From the NCBI RefSeq assembly GCF_006345805.1, contig NC_042999.1:102796001-102860000 (forward strand): a stretch of DNA of 64,000 nt, written 5' to 3'. Positions 12,570 through 24,994 of this stretch are shown here, one piece after another; positions within the stretch are counted from its first letter, which is position 1, and every line of letters begins with the position of its first letter. This stretch comes from Octopus sinensis (Eukaryota). Below the pieces are notes generated by a model. It was not told the origin of the DNA. It saw nothing but the letters and a program-made list of their open reading frames with translations, and made no database searches. A program made the position numbers and the translations under genes.

Positions 12570-13760
12570 TTATTAAATTTGCCACAAGGGCAGCACACAG
12601 AGAGAAGCTTGCGGGCTGGACACAGACATTAATGGGATAAATGATAATGATACAAGGATGATAAGGATGGGAGGAGACGAGAAGCGCCCGCCGACTTTCG
12701 CTTCTCTAAAACACTGTTCTTTTTTTCTTTTTTAAACACAATGAGACGATAAACCTCTTCCATAGTTCAGAATTTAAAAAAAACATACACACGAGGCAAT
12801 AATCCTCTAACTTTTTACATTTTGCAGGCTCTTTTTGAGGTAATACACCTCTTACACAAACGTCCAACACTTCAACTTTTCTGTCCGACCAGGCTCCTCG
12901 CTTCATTGAAGCACCTGGTCGGTTTCAAACTTGAATGTTTCATCATATATCTGAAGGATCCCGCCGGGAAGGAGTTCATTATCCTGCACAGATCGGTCTC
13001 CCATATGACCTCCGCAGCCACCTGCGAAGGCCACTCAGGGTCCTCCGTGAAGAACAGAAGCCCCTCCCACCGGCTCTTCCTTTCAATTTTTCTAATTACA
13101 TTTTGCAATGTCCCTCCCTTGTGGAAGAGGACCACAAATTCATCCTCCAGCGGCACATCCGCCGAAGGAAATCGGGACACGCCGGCAGCGTGTCACAACC
13201 CACCGGCAATGTCCCGTTTTTCTTTTCTTTTTCCCTTGGACCGCGGGAGCGTGGTGTTCCTTTGCTGTGTCCAGCAGGTCCTCCTTCCTCCTGAAGCCCT
13301 CGGGTCCTTCGGTGGGCAACCATTGTTGCTCACCTTTCGCTTTCGTTTTTTCAAGGAGGTGGAAACCTCGACATCCTCCTCCTTCTCTCCCTCCATTGAG
13401 GGAGCAGGGAATGATGCCTCTATTAACTGCTCCAAGACCTTATTTTGGTCCTTGGGGCAGTTCTTCTTGATGTGGCCGGTTTCTAGGCACAGGTGACACT
13501 TGGGGGAGGGCGTCCCTCGAGCATCCCGGCCATCCTCCAAAAATCTGGGAAAACCAGACTTTCGGCTGATTGGGTCCATAGGGTCAAAACAGCTTTTGCC
13601 CCCTACCAATCAGCCGTAAGCAGAATTTTTACATTAAGTAGCTTGGTACTGCTACCACCCAGACCCCGGCGGATAGAATCCTCTATCCACTCGGGCTCAA
13701 TTCCGGGTGGCAAACCGCAGACCATGAAATGAACTTTCAAATTTTTTAGAAAATAAAAAA
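12570..13760 (-). mobile_element. Non-autonomous L1/Tx1-like element B: gag-like ORF, unknown ORF and 3' tail, no EN/RT
   Basis: VCGLPPGIEPEWI..EGRP/PKCHLCLETGHIKKNCP parallels Tx1-A ORF1. Ends CTGCCCTTGTGGCAAATTTAATAAA. The 5' boundary is approximate. Confidence 0.7.
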
Positions 13761-14295
13761 AAAATTTAAATGCTGAGTTCTCCGATATAGATCTCCGTTT
13801 ATCCTTATTTAGGCATATAAACTGAGTTTATTTTTGACAGCCGTGTTTGAATGTTTGATAGCGATGTTTTTAAAATTATTAATTTGAAGTGTTTCTGTGA
13901 CATCTGAGTCATTTGCATGTCATCGATGTGATGAGTGAGCTTGATCTTGTCGTAGAAATCTTGGCACTTTTTATTTTATTTTGAAGAAGTCAGTGATATC
14001 CTTAGCTATCTTAAACTCTAAAGCTGTAGTTGTAAAGCTGCGGTCTGCTCAATAGGAATCGGCTCTGGGAGCTATCCTGGTGATGAGAACATTATTATTT
14101 TGCCTCGATGTAGGATGAGAGCACAGTTCAGAATACGTCTGTGTTTTGAACATGTACGCATCCACGTGGACTTAATTCAGTTAAAGAGTCGGAACTGAGT
14201 GTTGGTGATGAATGTTCCGAAGAGGTCAAGATGGAGATGCTAGTTGGAGATTCAGTTGTTAGTACCTTCCTTATTAATAGCATATTTTAATAACC

Positions 14296-14527
14296 TATTT
14301 CTTTACTACCCACAAGGGGCTAAACACAGAGAGGACAAACAAGGACAGACAAACGGATTAAGTCGATTATATCGACCCCAGTGCGTAACTGGTACTTATT
14401 TAATCGACCCCGAAAGGATGAAAGGCAAAGTCGACCTCGGCGGAATTTGAACTCAGAACGCAACGGCAGACGAAATACGGCTACGCATTTCGCCCGGCGT
14501 GCTAACGTTTCTGCCAGCTCGCCGCCT
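14296..14527 (-). mobile_element. tRNA-derived SINE, tail type A, 13-bp TSD
   Basis: Head AAGGCGGCGAGCTGGCAG, GTTCAAATTCC box B, tail GCCCCTTGTGGGTAGTAAAGAAATA. TSD TATTTTAATAACC at 14283-14295 and 14528-14540. Confidence 0.9.
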
Positions 14528-14895
14528 TATTTTAATAACCGATTGTCTCTTTCTATTTTTGCATTGACATTTCTTAAGCATAGACGTTTGTTTTTTTTTT
14601 TCTATGTACTTTCAAAAAGACGTTACTCAGTTATTTGTAAAATTAATTTTTTAAATCTTAGACGCATTTAATTTTACTCACTAAAATTCGAAGTTGTTCG
14701 TTAATGCCAGTTAAATTTAGATGATGGGCTTGAAGACACTGGTCTTATCAGTAAACTCAATTCCTTGGATTATTCTCTGTAATTTCTCCTTTCTTTTGCG
14801 AAAGATACTAAAAAACAGAAACTGATTCAAGTTTTCTTTCCTCTGAGAGTTGTGTTCCACACAGGGCAGCGATACCGATGTTGAATTGAGAAAGT

Positions 14896-15127
14896 TATTT
14901 CTTTATTGCCCACAAGGGGCTAAACATAGATGGGACAAACAAGGACAGACAAAGGGATTAAGTCGATTACATCGACCCCAGTGAGTAACTGGTACTTAAT
15001 TTATCGACCCCGAAAGGATGAAAGGCAAGGTCGACCTCAGCAGAATTTGAACTCAGAACGTAACGGCAGACGAAATAACGCTAAACATTTCGCTCGGCGT
15101 GCTAACATATCTGCCAGCTCGTCGCAT
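14896..15127 (-). mobile_element. tRNA-derived SINE, tail type A, 15-bp TSD
   Basis: Same family as 14296. TSD TTGAATTGAGAAAGT at 14881-14895 and 15128-15142. Confidence 0.9.
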
Positions 15128-15912
15128 TTGAATTGAGAAAGTACGATTATCTGGTCTTCCTTCAGCATTGTTAAGCTCAAGAAATGTTATGTTCTGGATT
15201 GCAAATATCGGGTTTCCAGATTTTGTTTTCTTATTTTTTTAACCACACGGTGGGTGACTCACTGGGGGTAGTTGTCTAGCCAGATACATAAAATGACTTC
15301 CTATTTTAACACGCATTTCTTTGTAGTTTTTCTGTTTAAGGCTGACAGAGGTATTCCCGAACAGCTCTGCCCATTTCAAATGTAGATACGAATTCAAAAG
15401 CAACCACTGAATTTGAGAAGGCGACTGTCACATTTCTACCGATAAAAAACAGGTCCACGCTAGAAGGTTCAAGTAGCAGCAAACCTATTCCGACTGTCCC
15501 TTTCCTATGACTTTAAGGCTTTTCAAGTAAAATAAAAATTATATTTAAAAAATGCTTATCTCTTTGTCTCTTTTGTTCTCTCTCTCTTTAATACATATTA
15601 TTTCATTTTTTTGATGTTTAGTTATAAAAAATAATTTAATATAAACAATTTTTATCATAACATATATATAAAAAAACCCAAACGATTTTACATTAATCAG
15701 ATGGGTTACTCTATATTTTTCTGAAGTAAAAATTTATTTTTAATAATATACATATATATATATAATCCTGACACAACCAATCTAATCTGGATCTGTTGTT
15801 TATAAGCTGCTGCTGTGAACGTCCCGACAAATAATTTCATATATAAAAGTGATAAAATTCATCGTAATTCTATATCAGCTGACTAAATTTCGCCAGCAAC
15901 GACGTATAGCAA

Positions 15913-15955
15913 TACCGTATCACGTGATTTCCCCGTATTGCGTATCGTCAGTGAT
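15913..15955 (-). ncRNA. Hammerhead-like motif (minimal type I, imperfect stem II)
   Basis: UAUCA CUGACGA UACG-CAAUA-CGGG GAAA UCACGUG AUA CGGUA, with palindromic stem III AUCACGUGAU. Confidence 0.45.
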
Positions 15956-16057
15956 AACCAGCCTCGTACCTAATGTCAGAACGTAAATCAGTCAAACCGA
16001 TATAGTATAATATTGGCTGGATGGACGGAGATCTACCTCCATCACTATATTCGTACA

Positions 16058-16104
<47 letters not shown>

Positions 16105-16815
16105 AATTAAAATAAACGAATAATAAAATATGAACGTGATGAGGTGCACAAGAAATGTATTAGCTCGATGGTATATGGGAAAACCTGTCGGATATCGCTA
16201 AATAAACAACTGAGAAAACAACAGTTTTGATTGTGACCCCATTTCCTGAGTTGTTTACTTAGTGACATCCGACAAGTTTTCTCATGCTCTCACTCTCTTT
16301 CTCACTCACACATTCTCAAACTTTTTCATTTGTGTATATGAAACCGTATGCAGGAAGTAGCAACACTATTTTCTTGATTTGAAAGAAAGGAAAAAAAAAA
16401 TAAGCTTCATAAAAGAAATACTAGAAAAATCAATGTTTACTTTAAAGTGCTGCCAGTTTTACTTTAATCAGTCGGATATATTATTGATACTTACTTCATC
16501 TGCCCCAGGGAAGAAGACCAGCGAAATAGAATCCTATCATCGAAATTTACAGAGTGACGTCTCTAAATGCTGTCTGACAATGTTACACCTAACAAATTTT
16601 GCGAGTTTGTCATCTTGTAATCTGTCAATAATAATTAATAGAAAAATATGTCATAAAGAATTGCATTGTACGCGTAAATATTATTCATGTATGCTATATC
16701 GGTTATACTAGTATATTAGTAAAATTTTCATTAATCTTAGATATGTTGAAATGATTTACATGAAAAATTCTCAAATTTGAAATAGTTTACATTCATTGGA
16801 GAGTGAAGTTACACT

Positions 16816-16856
<41 letters not shown>

Positions 16857-17398
16857 TATGCATGTATGCAAATGTATGAATATGTGTGTACTCGCATATA
16901 GTCTAACGAAGTATTGAACGAACAATTTATTTAATGAGGTGTTACCAACGAATAAGTGACCCATCAGTAAAATGTCCGCTTGATGTTGTGGAAGATATGA
17001 ATTTTGAATTACATATTTTAAATCGACCTTACGATCGAAATCTCATTAATATTGTATTTATCGGGTAGGATGGCTGCAGTAAAAAAGCCCCTTTTCCTTT
17101 GAAAACTTTATTCAATTTTGAATTACTAAAAACTTACAATTATGATAAAACATTCAACAGAGTGTTAAAATATCACTATTTTGGTTGGTTGGTTGGTTGA
17201 CTCTATGGTTTGACTCTCTTAGCTGGTGTAGTTGTTAGTTAACTCCATGTCTGTCACGGTCGAACAGACTTATAAGAAAAAGCCTTGAAGCTATGAAAAT
17301 ACGAGTATGTTTTCTTACATTGCAAATATAGGAGTACATTATTTGCATACATGAATGCATAGGCAGCGCTTTCTTTCTAAGAAGAATTCTAATAAATA

Positions 17399-18218
17399 TT
17401 GAGTCATCCCATGAATAATGCGGTTTTTACCAAATTAAGATAAACAAAGTTCTTTTTAAATCTAAAAATACTCTCAATTTTCTACAGTGCTCTTCCATCT
17501 ATCTGGTAGTGTTGCAGGGCCCCTCTTCCAAAATTCACTTGACGGTGAAGAAAAATACTCCTCCAGTACAGCTCTGACTTCATCTACAGAATTCATCTTT
17601 TTTCCCGTTCAAATGTGGAATAAATGATAATCAGATGGGGCAATGTCAGGTGAATATGGAGAGTAGGGCATCGTTTCCCATTCAAAATGCTCCAGCCTTT
17701 GGAATGTCCTCCTCGCTGTATGTATCCGAGCACTATCATGATTGAAGAACACCTTTCGTTTTGAAACCAAAGATGGTCGTTTTTCTTCTAGCGCTAACTG
17801 GAATGATTGGTTAAATGACCAAATTCAAGCTTTTCTGATAGTTTCTCAATAGTTACGATGGGATTTTGTTCCAACAGGGTTTGCAGGACGTCCTCATCGA
17901 GCTCTACAGATCTTCCAGTATGAAGCTCGTCTTCTAGGCTGTACTTTCCGGCTCGGAATTTCTGGAACCACTGTTGACACTGGCTTACGCTTATTGTCCG
18001 ATCCCTATACACTGCATAAATATTCCTCGCGCTTTCCGCTGTGTTGTTGCCTCTATTGAACTTATAAATCGAAATATACCGAGTATTCACCTTTGTAGCT
18101 TACAGCTTTGAAAAAATAACTGTTGAAATCGAACTTCACTCTTCAAATCTTGCACTACCTGCTTTTATATCAAGTTGATGCAATTGAAAAAAAACACATC
18201 ATATTTGGGATGACCCAA
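17399..18218 (-). mobile_element. Mariner DNA transposon, internally deleted
   Basis: HTH ORF 17794-18090 (WFQKFRAG..LED), C-terminal LPDRWK..EGEY-like relic, imperfect TIRs TTG(A/G)GTCATCCCA and TA flanks. Confidence 0.85.
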
Positions 18219-18883
18219 TATACATACATACGTGTGTGTGCGTGGTGGGTTACTAGATGTATAAACCATACATAGAACATATAAATTCATGTAAATGAAG
18301 CATTTCTTCACTGAAAGAGCTCTGCAACTCCTTTAGTCGGGGCTGTAAAAAATATTCAAATGAATGAAATGAACAGGAAAAAATAAATTTTAAATACGCA
18401 CGCAAGCACCTGTATTGTTATATTTTGGGACGGTCATTTGTTTTTGCCAAATAAACACAGGCACTATATATTCGTTCTTCACTTCATCTTTATTATTGTT
18501 CATATTTTACTGTCCTATGTCTTAAACGTTACATCACCCCTCGTGTGACCTCTTCAGCGTCACTCCATCCCACAAGTCTACTTCTGTTTAGTCCATCTCA
18601 TTTAATTTTTTTTCTCTAAGATGCCATGATTTTTCGACAACTTTTTATCTCTGCAGCTGGTGTTAATACAAATGGTAGTCATCCACAAAGGGTTAATATA
18701 TAAAGCGATATGGAATTGGAAAAAAAAAAGAAAGGAACATAGCGAACGCTTTTATATAGTACAGAAAAATAATTCTGTTTTGTGAGAAAGGAAAAATAAC
18801 AGTTAGTCCTACTGGGAAATATATTAAGTCAGAACGAATATAATATCCGGGAGCTAACAGCACACGTGCATACACAGTCACTT

Positions 18884-18925
<42 letters not shown>

Positions 18926-19110
18926 TTGTGCATGCACATGTAATGTTTGCAGAGTTTTCATGCTAGAACGCAAAGTGATCAATATATACTCTGTTGGACT
19001 AATTGGATTAACTCTTCATACTTTTGGCGAATCTTACTTCTCAGTCTCACGGATGAGAGCGATGAGCCTCAAAAGAATACATACGTAACCGAAAAGTATA
19101 TATATACATA

Positions 19111-19340
19111 GGCGCAAGCTTACCTCCCAACCACATGGTCCCGAGTTCAGTCCCACTGCATGGTATCATGGGCAAGTCTCATCTACTATAGCCTCAGGAC
19201 AACCAAAGCCATGTGCGTGGATTTGGTAGACATAAACTGAAAGAAGCCCATAGCAAATATATATGTCCTGGGGTCGATTTTTTTAGACTAAAGGCGGTGC
19301 TCCAGCATGACCGCAGTCAAAAGACTGAAACGAAAAAAAC
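19111..19340 (+). mobile_element. Second SINE family (..CTTCCCAACCACATGGT..GGGCAAGT..GAAACTGAAAGAAGCCC), degraded
   Basis: Same modules recur at 27661-28015 and 63620-64000, with fragments at 20110, 22600, 22805 and 54960. Confidence 0.75.
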
Positions 19341-19637
19341 AATGTACTTGATTTCTGGATAATTATATGTTCATACACACACACACATATATATATATAC
19401 ACAAAAATTTAATGTTTGTTTTTATGTTCAGTTATAACAAAAGCAATTTTACATTAATCTGATGGGTTACTCTATACTGTTGTACAGTACAAATTTATTA
19501 TTCTGATACAAAAATGTTGTTGACAGTGACTTTGAAGTTTTGGCAGTGTGACGAGGGTTTAAGTGGTCGAAACGTCGAAGTTACTGTCAATAACATTCCT
19601 GTATAAGAATAATATATAAAATACCACACAAACACGC

Positions 19638-19686
<49 letters not shown>

Positions 19687-20026
19687 CCAAAAAATAAGCA
19701 ACAAGAATGGATCCGGTAATTTAGTACAATTGTTTCATACTATAACAATTTATTAAAGCTGCAAATATTACAGCTAATTTCATATAGTAATCTTCAGCTA
19801 ATTTCATATAGGTTTTCCAATAATGTAACGTTCTTTCTCCTAACTCCCACTATAAATTCTGATGGCTTTCATTTGAAAGCAAGGTGTGGTTACCGGATCC
19901 ATTCTTGTTGCTTATTTTTTGGTTATAATCACCCCACATAGTTTTATGGGTAATACCATAAAAAATTCTGGTGCCTCTAAATTAAGTACCATATTCATTT
20001 GAATCTAAATTGTTTTGCTGAACTTT

Positions 20027-20102
<76 letters not shown>

Positions 20103-20879
20103 AATTATAGGCGTGGTTGTGTGGAAGCAAGCTTGCTTCCCAACTGTATGGCTCCGGGTTGGATAAACTTGTCATAGACATAATCCGAAAAACCTATATA
20201 CTGGTATGTAACAAAATTACATTTAAAACACTCTAGCTAGAATTTCCCCTAAGCTCACCAGAAATGAGAGATAGAGATCTGCAAAGTGTACCTGTCCAAA
20301 ATACTCTTTATGCACGATTACGATATAAAACTGAAGCTATGAATGTCATCAAGGCAAGCAATAAATATGAAATATTTCAGAAATGAAGACCATGGCTGGA
20401 AAAAAGAAAAAGAAATTTGAAAAATAGAAAATACAATAGTAAGAAAGAATATCTAAAGTTGCTTAACTAGATAAATCACTGACAAAAGAAAAAAACTTTA
20501 GATAAGCCTAAGAAATTGATAGTGAAACAAAATTAATTATCTCATGAAATTGGGAGCAATGTGAACAATAAAGGCAATAAAAAAAATAACTCAAAAATCT
20601 TAAATCTTGTACGGATTTACCAAAGAAACAAATTTAGGTCTTTACAAATTAGGCCAGTGTTTATGAAAAGTAGTTCACTTATTGCAGATCGTCGAAAAGA
20701 CAAGAGAAATTGTGAATTAACAAACCAAATTCTAACAATCTTACTAGTATGTGCATAGGGATGAATCAGATGAGTTATTGAACAGTATATTTATATAAAT
20801 GTAATCGACAGACAGCAGTTAAATATATTATATTATATTATATCATATTATATTATATTATATTATATTATACATATAT

Positions 20880-20946
<67 letters not shown>

Positions 20947-20949
20947 AGA

Positions 20950-21330
20950 AGGTTGAAAAGGGACACACGAGTTGATATATATGGAAAAAAGTCAAGATAG
21001 AAAATACTAAAATAATTTTATAAAAAACATTTCAGTACCGGTTTCAGTCATTGAGACTTTTTCAACTGTAAGTATGGAAAGAAAAACAATTAAATTTCGA
21101 AAATTATTAAAAGAAAAGATTTTTTAAAAGAATAATTGTATAGTGTTCAAATACAAGTGGCATTTTCCTTGTTTCTGCCTGTCACTGTCTCTCTTGTTTA
21201 CTATTGTGGGTTCGAGTTCGTTGTGAATTCTTGGTAGGGAAGAAGAAGGAGGAGGAGAAGAAGAAGAAGAAGAGGAATGTGGGAGTGCCATGGCAGCAGT
21301 TTGTTGAATGGTCAGCTGCGCTTCCCCCAA
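20950..21330 (-). mobile_element. Penelope-like 3' tail repeat
   Basis: Same family as 61055-61310, with the GTC-TCAAT-GAC-TGAAACCGG motif and (TA)n adjacent. Confidence 0.6.
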
Positions 21331-21449
21331 AATGACCCGCTGTGGATGATAGTAGTCACTGTTCAATTCATGATAATATCTCTTTTGAATGTTTTGTTTA
21401 TAAAATTTTAGAATAACACCTACGCAAATCACACACACACACACACACA

Positions 21450-21480
<31 letters not shown>

Positions 21481-21765
21481 CACCACACACACACACACAC
21501 AACACACACACATATATATATATATATCTAATGTAGGATAAAATTTTTTTCGAAAAATAATTCTTTTCGAAAAAAATCTTATCAATGGCCAGCATATTAA
21601 AAAATACCTTTAAAGGTTAAATTTATAAACAATTCATAAATAAGGGCAAACGAAAAAATTTCTAATGCCAAATATGCTGAAAAATTGGACATATTGTCCA
21701 TTAACCATATAATTTTTTCACAATACGCACGCTACTCGAAAAAAGATCGACAGAAAATTCTAAAA

Positions 21766-21819
21766 GTATCGGACCGATTTCAGGGTTAGCTCATAACAGC
21801 CCTCCCTTCGTCAGTGATA
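21766..21819 (-). ncRNA. Minimal type I hammerhead ribozyme motif, core intact
   Basis: GUAUCA CUGACGA AGGG-AGGCUGUUAUGAGCUAA-CCCU GAAA UCG GUC/ CGAUAC. Confidence 0.7.
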
Positions 21820-22467
21820 CATGTGGCAAAAGAAATAAATGAGATACTTACTCATACCCATGGAAGAAGCAAACACTAAGTCATGAGCACAATTAAGTAC
21901 CCCAAATACATGAATTGTATATATATATATATCGTCTGATTACCCAGTATCAAGTGCGAAGCCGATTGCTACAAGAGACTGTACTAGACGTATAATACTG
22001 TATGCTTTGATATATATTCAACGTAAAACTGAGTAACGGTACGATTCGTGAAACTTTCGTTTCTAATAATAAACCACACTACGCAATGAGCCCATTCTTT
22101 TGCTTCTCATACAAAGTTGTGTGTGTTTGTGCATATATATTTATGTACATTTGTGTGTGTGCGTGTGTGTGTGTGTTTAATAAATTGTGACGTGAACAAA
22201 ATTTAGGTTCGCCCAATCATAGAAAATTTGTCAACATCCGTTGTTTGAATTTATAATTCTAATATATATATATATAATTATTTTGGTCATAGATTTACCG
22301 ATTGTATTGAAAGCAGACATTAACTTCTTATCAAACATTATAATTCTTTGATGGTAGATGTAACAGATAAGGTAACCTTCTTTTGAAAAACTCTTTTATT
22401 AAATTATCTTATAACCGCCAAATATTATAGCTTTTTTTTAAATGTTATTATACGAAGAATTGTTTGC

Positions 22468-22524
<57 letters not shown>

Positions 22525-22920
22525 GCTCACACGCATCCACATACCCATGACACAGATGCATCAGTGTGCATATAGGTGTATGTATGTTTTTCTGAACAAT
22601 ATGGCGGTGCCCCAGTATGGCCGCAGTCTGACTGAAACAAGTAAAAGATAAAAGATATATGTTTATATGTGTGTAGTGTGTGTGTGTGCAAACATGCTTC
22701 TATACATAATTACGCGCCACAAACACACATATATATATACCTATATTCGCACGCACGCACGCACGCCCACACACACGCACACACACTCACTCACTCACTC
22801 ACACATAGGCGCAGGCAAAGGTGAGTGGTTTAGAAGTTCGCTTCACAATTACAAGGTTCTGAATTCGATTTCGCAGTGAATAGAATTCGGAGAAAGCAGA
22901 ATCCCGCCGTGGTCTCCCCT

Positions 22921-22983
<63 letters not shown>

Positions 22984-23278
22984 GATAAGACATAGATACA
23001 AACATTATAATACATAAACCCACACATACACATACACAAAACATTTAAAAAGAAATAGGAAAAAAATAGAGATAAATTAATAAATGAAAAGAACTAAATT
23101 TATAAGGAACTCTGTTTCAAACAGAATAGTAAGCAAACCCATACACACACATACGCACATACAAAACACAGGGAAACCCCCACACATACACACACGCGCA
23201 AACGCATGCGCAGATAAGGATACACACCATAGGAAAACAGAATGGACCAAACAGAACAAGAGACACGTGGGATGAAGA

Positions 23279-23322
23279 GCCGCTGAAGAGGTCACAGGAT
23301 GTGTGACGAAAGATTTACAGGC
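23279..23322 (+). ncRNA. Hammerhead-like motif
   Basis: GCCG CUGAAGA G GUCACA-GGAUG-UGUGAC GAAA GAU UUA/ CAGGC; 6-bp stem II, bulged stem I. Confidence 0.5.
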
Positions 23323-23482
23323 AAAGGACAATAAAATAAGAACTATAATAAATTGGAAATGAAGAACGGCTATATAGTGCATGTGTTTATTTGGCAAAAA
23401 AACAACGACTATCTCTTATATAACAATATCTGTTTCAAAACACGATTTCACATCAGGAATCTTGCAAAATAAATATATAAAC

Positions 23483-23557
<75 letters not shown>

Positions 23558-23758
23558 TAGGGTAATTTGCCTTTGGGAACAAGTAACCGGAAATGTTTTC
23601 TGTGGGACAAGTCCGTTGTGGTTCAGTGTTCCACCGCTAGTAATTACTTCATGCAAACCTCAGGCATCATCCTGCCGACAGGCGTCGTCAGTTGAAGTCA
23701 TACTGCCACGTGGTACGTCTTTGTTTTGCAGTGTTTCTACCCTGTTCGTCGATTTCTG

Positions 23759-24200
23759 TGATGGCTGAAAAGAAGGAATAGCCTGCTTCCGTGAAATTCT
23801 GCTTTCTGCTGGGGAAAACGGTGGTCAAAACAGTTGTCATGCTTCAAACAGCTTACAAGGACGCTACCATGAGCAAAACACAAGTTTACGAGTAGTTTTC
23901 ACGCTTTAGGAATGGTCGCTTGTCGCTTGAAAACTAATCTCGTTCAGGGCGACCGTCGACTTACCGAACGAAAGAAAGCATCATGAAAATTCATGAACAA
24001 ATGTTAGAGGACCGTCGCCGAACAATTGACGACTTTGTTAATGTGACTGGTGTGTCATGGAGCTCCTGACAATGAATTTTTAGCGAGGAATTACGAATGA
24101 AAAGAGTTACAGTAAAAGCTGTTCCACGTTTGCTCACAGAAGATCAAAAGTAGTCACGACTGCATGCGCGTCGTAAACTGAAAGAACAGTTGGAAGTCTG
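23759..24200 (+). mobile_element. Mariner transposase N-terminal relic
   Basis: VKFCFLLGK..SKTQVYE*FSRFRNGRLSLE..RSGRPST..EDRRRTI..PRLLTEDQK, with in-frame stops. Confidence 0.85.
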
Positions 24201-24374
24201 CGTCTGCTTTGGGGTGGTGACTTCGGTATGCTGTTAGTAATTTTCTGGCTTTTCTATCTAGGTTTCCTGTCGCCTTTCGGTGTTTAATATTAGTTTAACT
24301 CTTCTGTAATACTCTCTCCAATTTTTCTCTTTCATTTCTGAGTGTTGTATTTTAGCTGTTTCGTCTATTCCTAG

Positions 24375-24389
24375 ATATTATTATTATTA

Positions 24390-24421
<32 letters not shown>

Positions 24422-24534
24422 TATTATTATCATTATTATTATTGTTATTATTATTATTATCATTATTATTATTGTTATTATTATTATTATCATTATTATT
24501 ATTGTTATTATTATTATTATTATTGTTATTATTA

Positions 24535-24576
<42 letters not shown>

Positions 24577-24595
24577 TATTATTATTTTATTATTT
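24375..24595. repeat. (TTA)n microsatellite
   Basis: Directly visible. Confidence 0.95.
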
Positions 24596-24761
24596 AAAAC
24601 AGTTTGATTCGGCTCCTTGCGGCTTCAAGTTTTGTGGGTTTCTAACAGAAACGCGGCTCATTCTGGCTCAGATTACCGGTAATCTGAGCCTGAACGATTT
24701 GGGTCTCTAGAAGCCAGCGGAACTTTAAATCGCATGAAGCCGAATCAAACTGTTTGAAATA
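24591..24761. repeat. Fold-back palindrome of about 170 bp
   Basis: Terminal 18-bp perfect inverted repeat AAACAGTTTGATTCGGCT and central loopless palindrome GGCTCAGATTACCGGTAATCTGAGCC. Confidence 0.9.
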
Positions 24762-24913
24762 ATAATAATAGTAATAATGATGATGATAATAGTAATACAT
24801 GTGTGTGAGTGTGTATGTATATGTACATGTTATGAAAGTGGTAAAGTGAAAATTACACACACACACACATATATACACATATATATATACATCTCCCATG
24901 TTATATATATATG

Positions 24914-24994
<81 letters not shown>

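Noticed and set aside
1779-13732. Plus-strand ORFs overlapping the R2 and Tx1 elements
   Set aside because: They are antisense shadows of GC-richer retroelement coding sequence with no recognisable motifs.
13780-14280. Possible CR1-type ORF1 esterase fragment (NNVLITRIAPRAD)
   Set aside because: A single short motif among many stops is not enough support.
19545-19590. Further hammerhead-like relics (also about 51950, 53770, 58770, 58990)
   Set aside because: Core bases or stem II are broken; noted only as decayed PLE-tail motifs.
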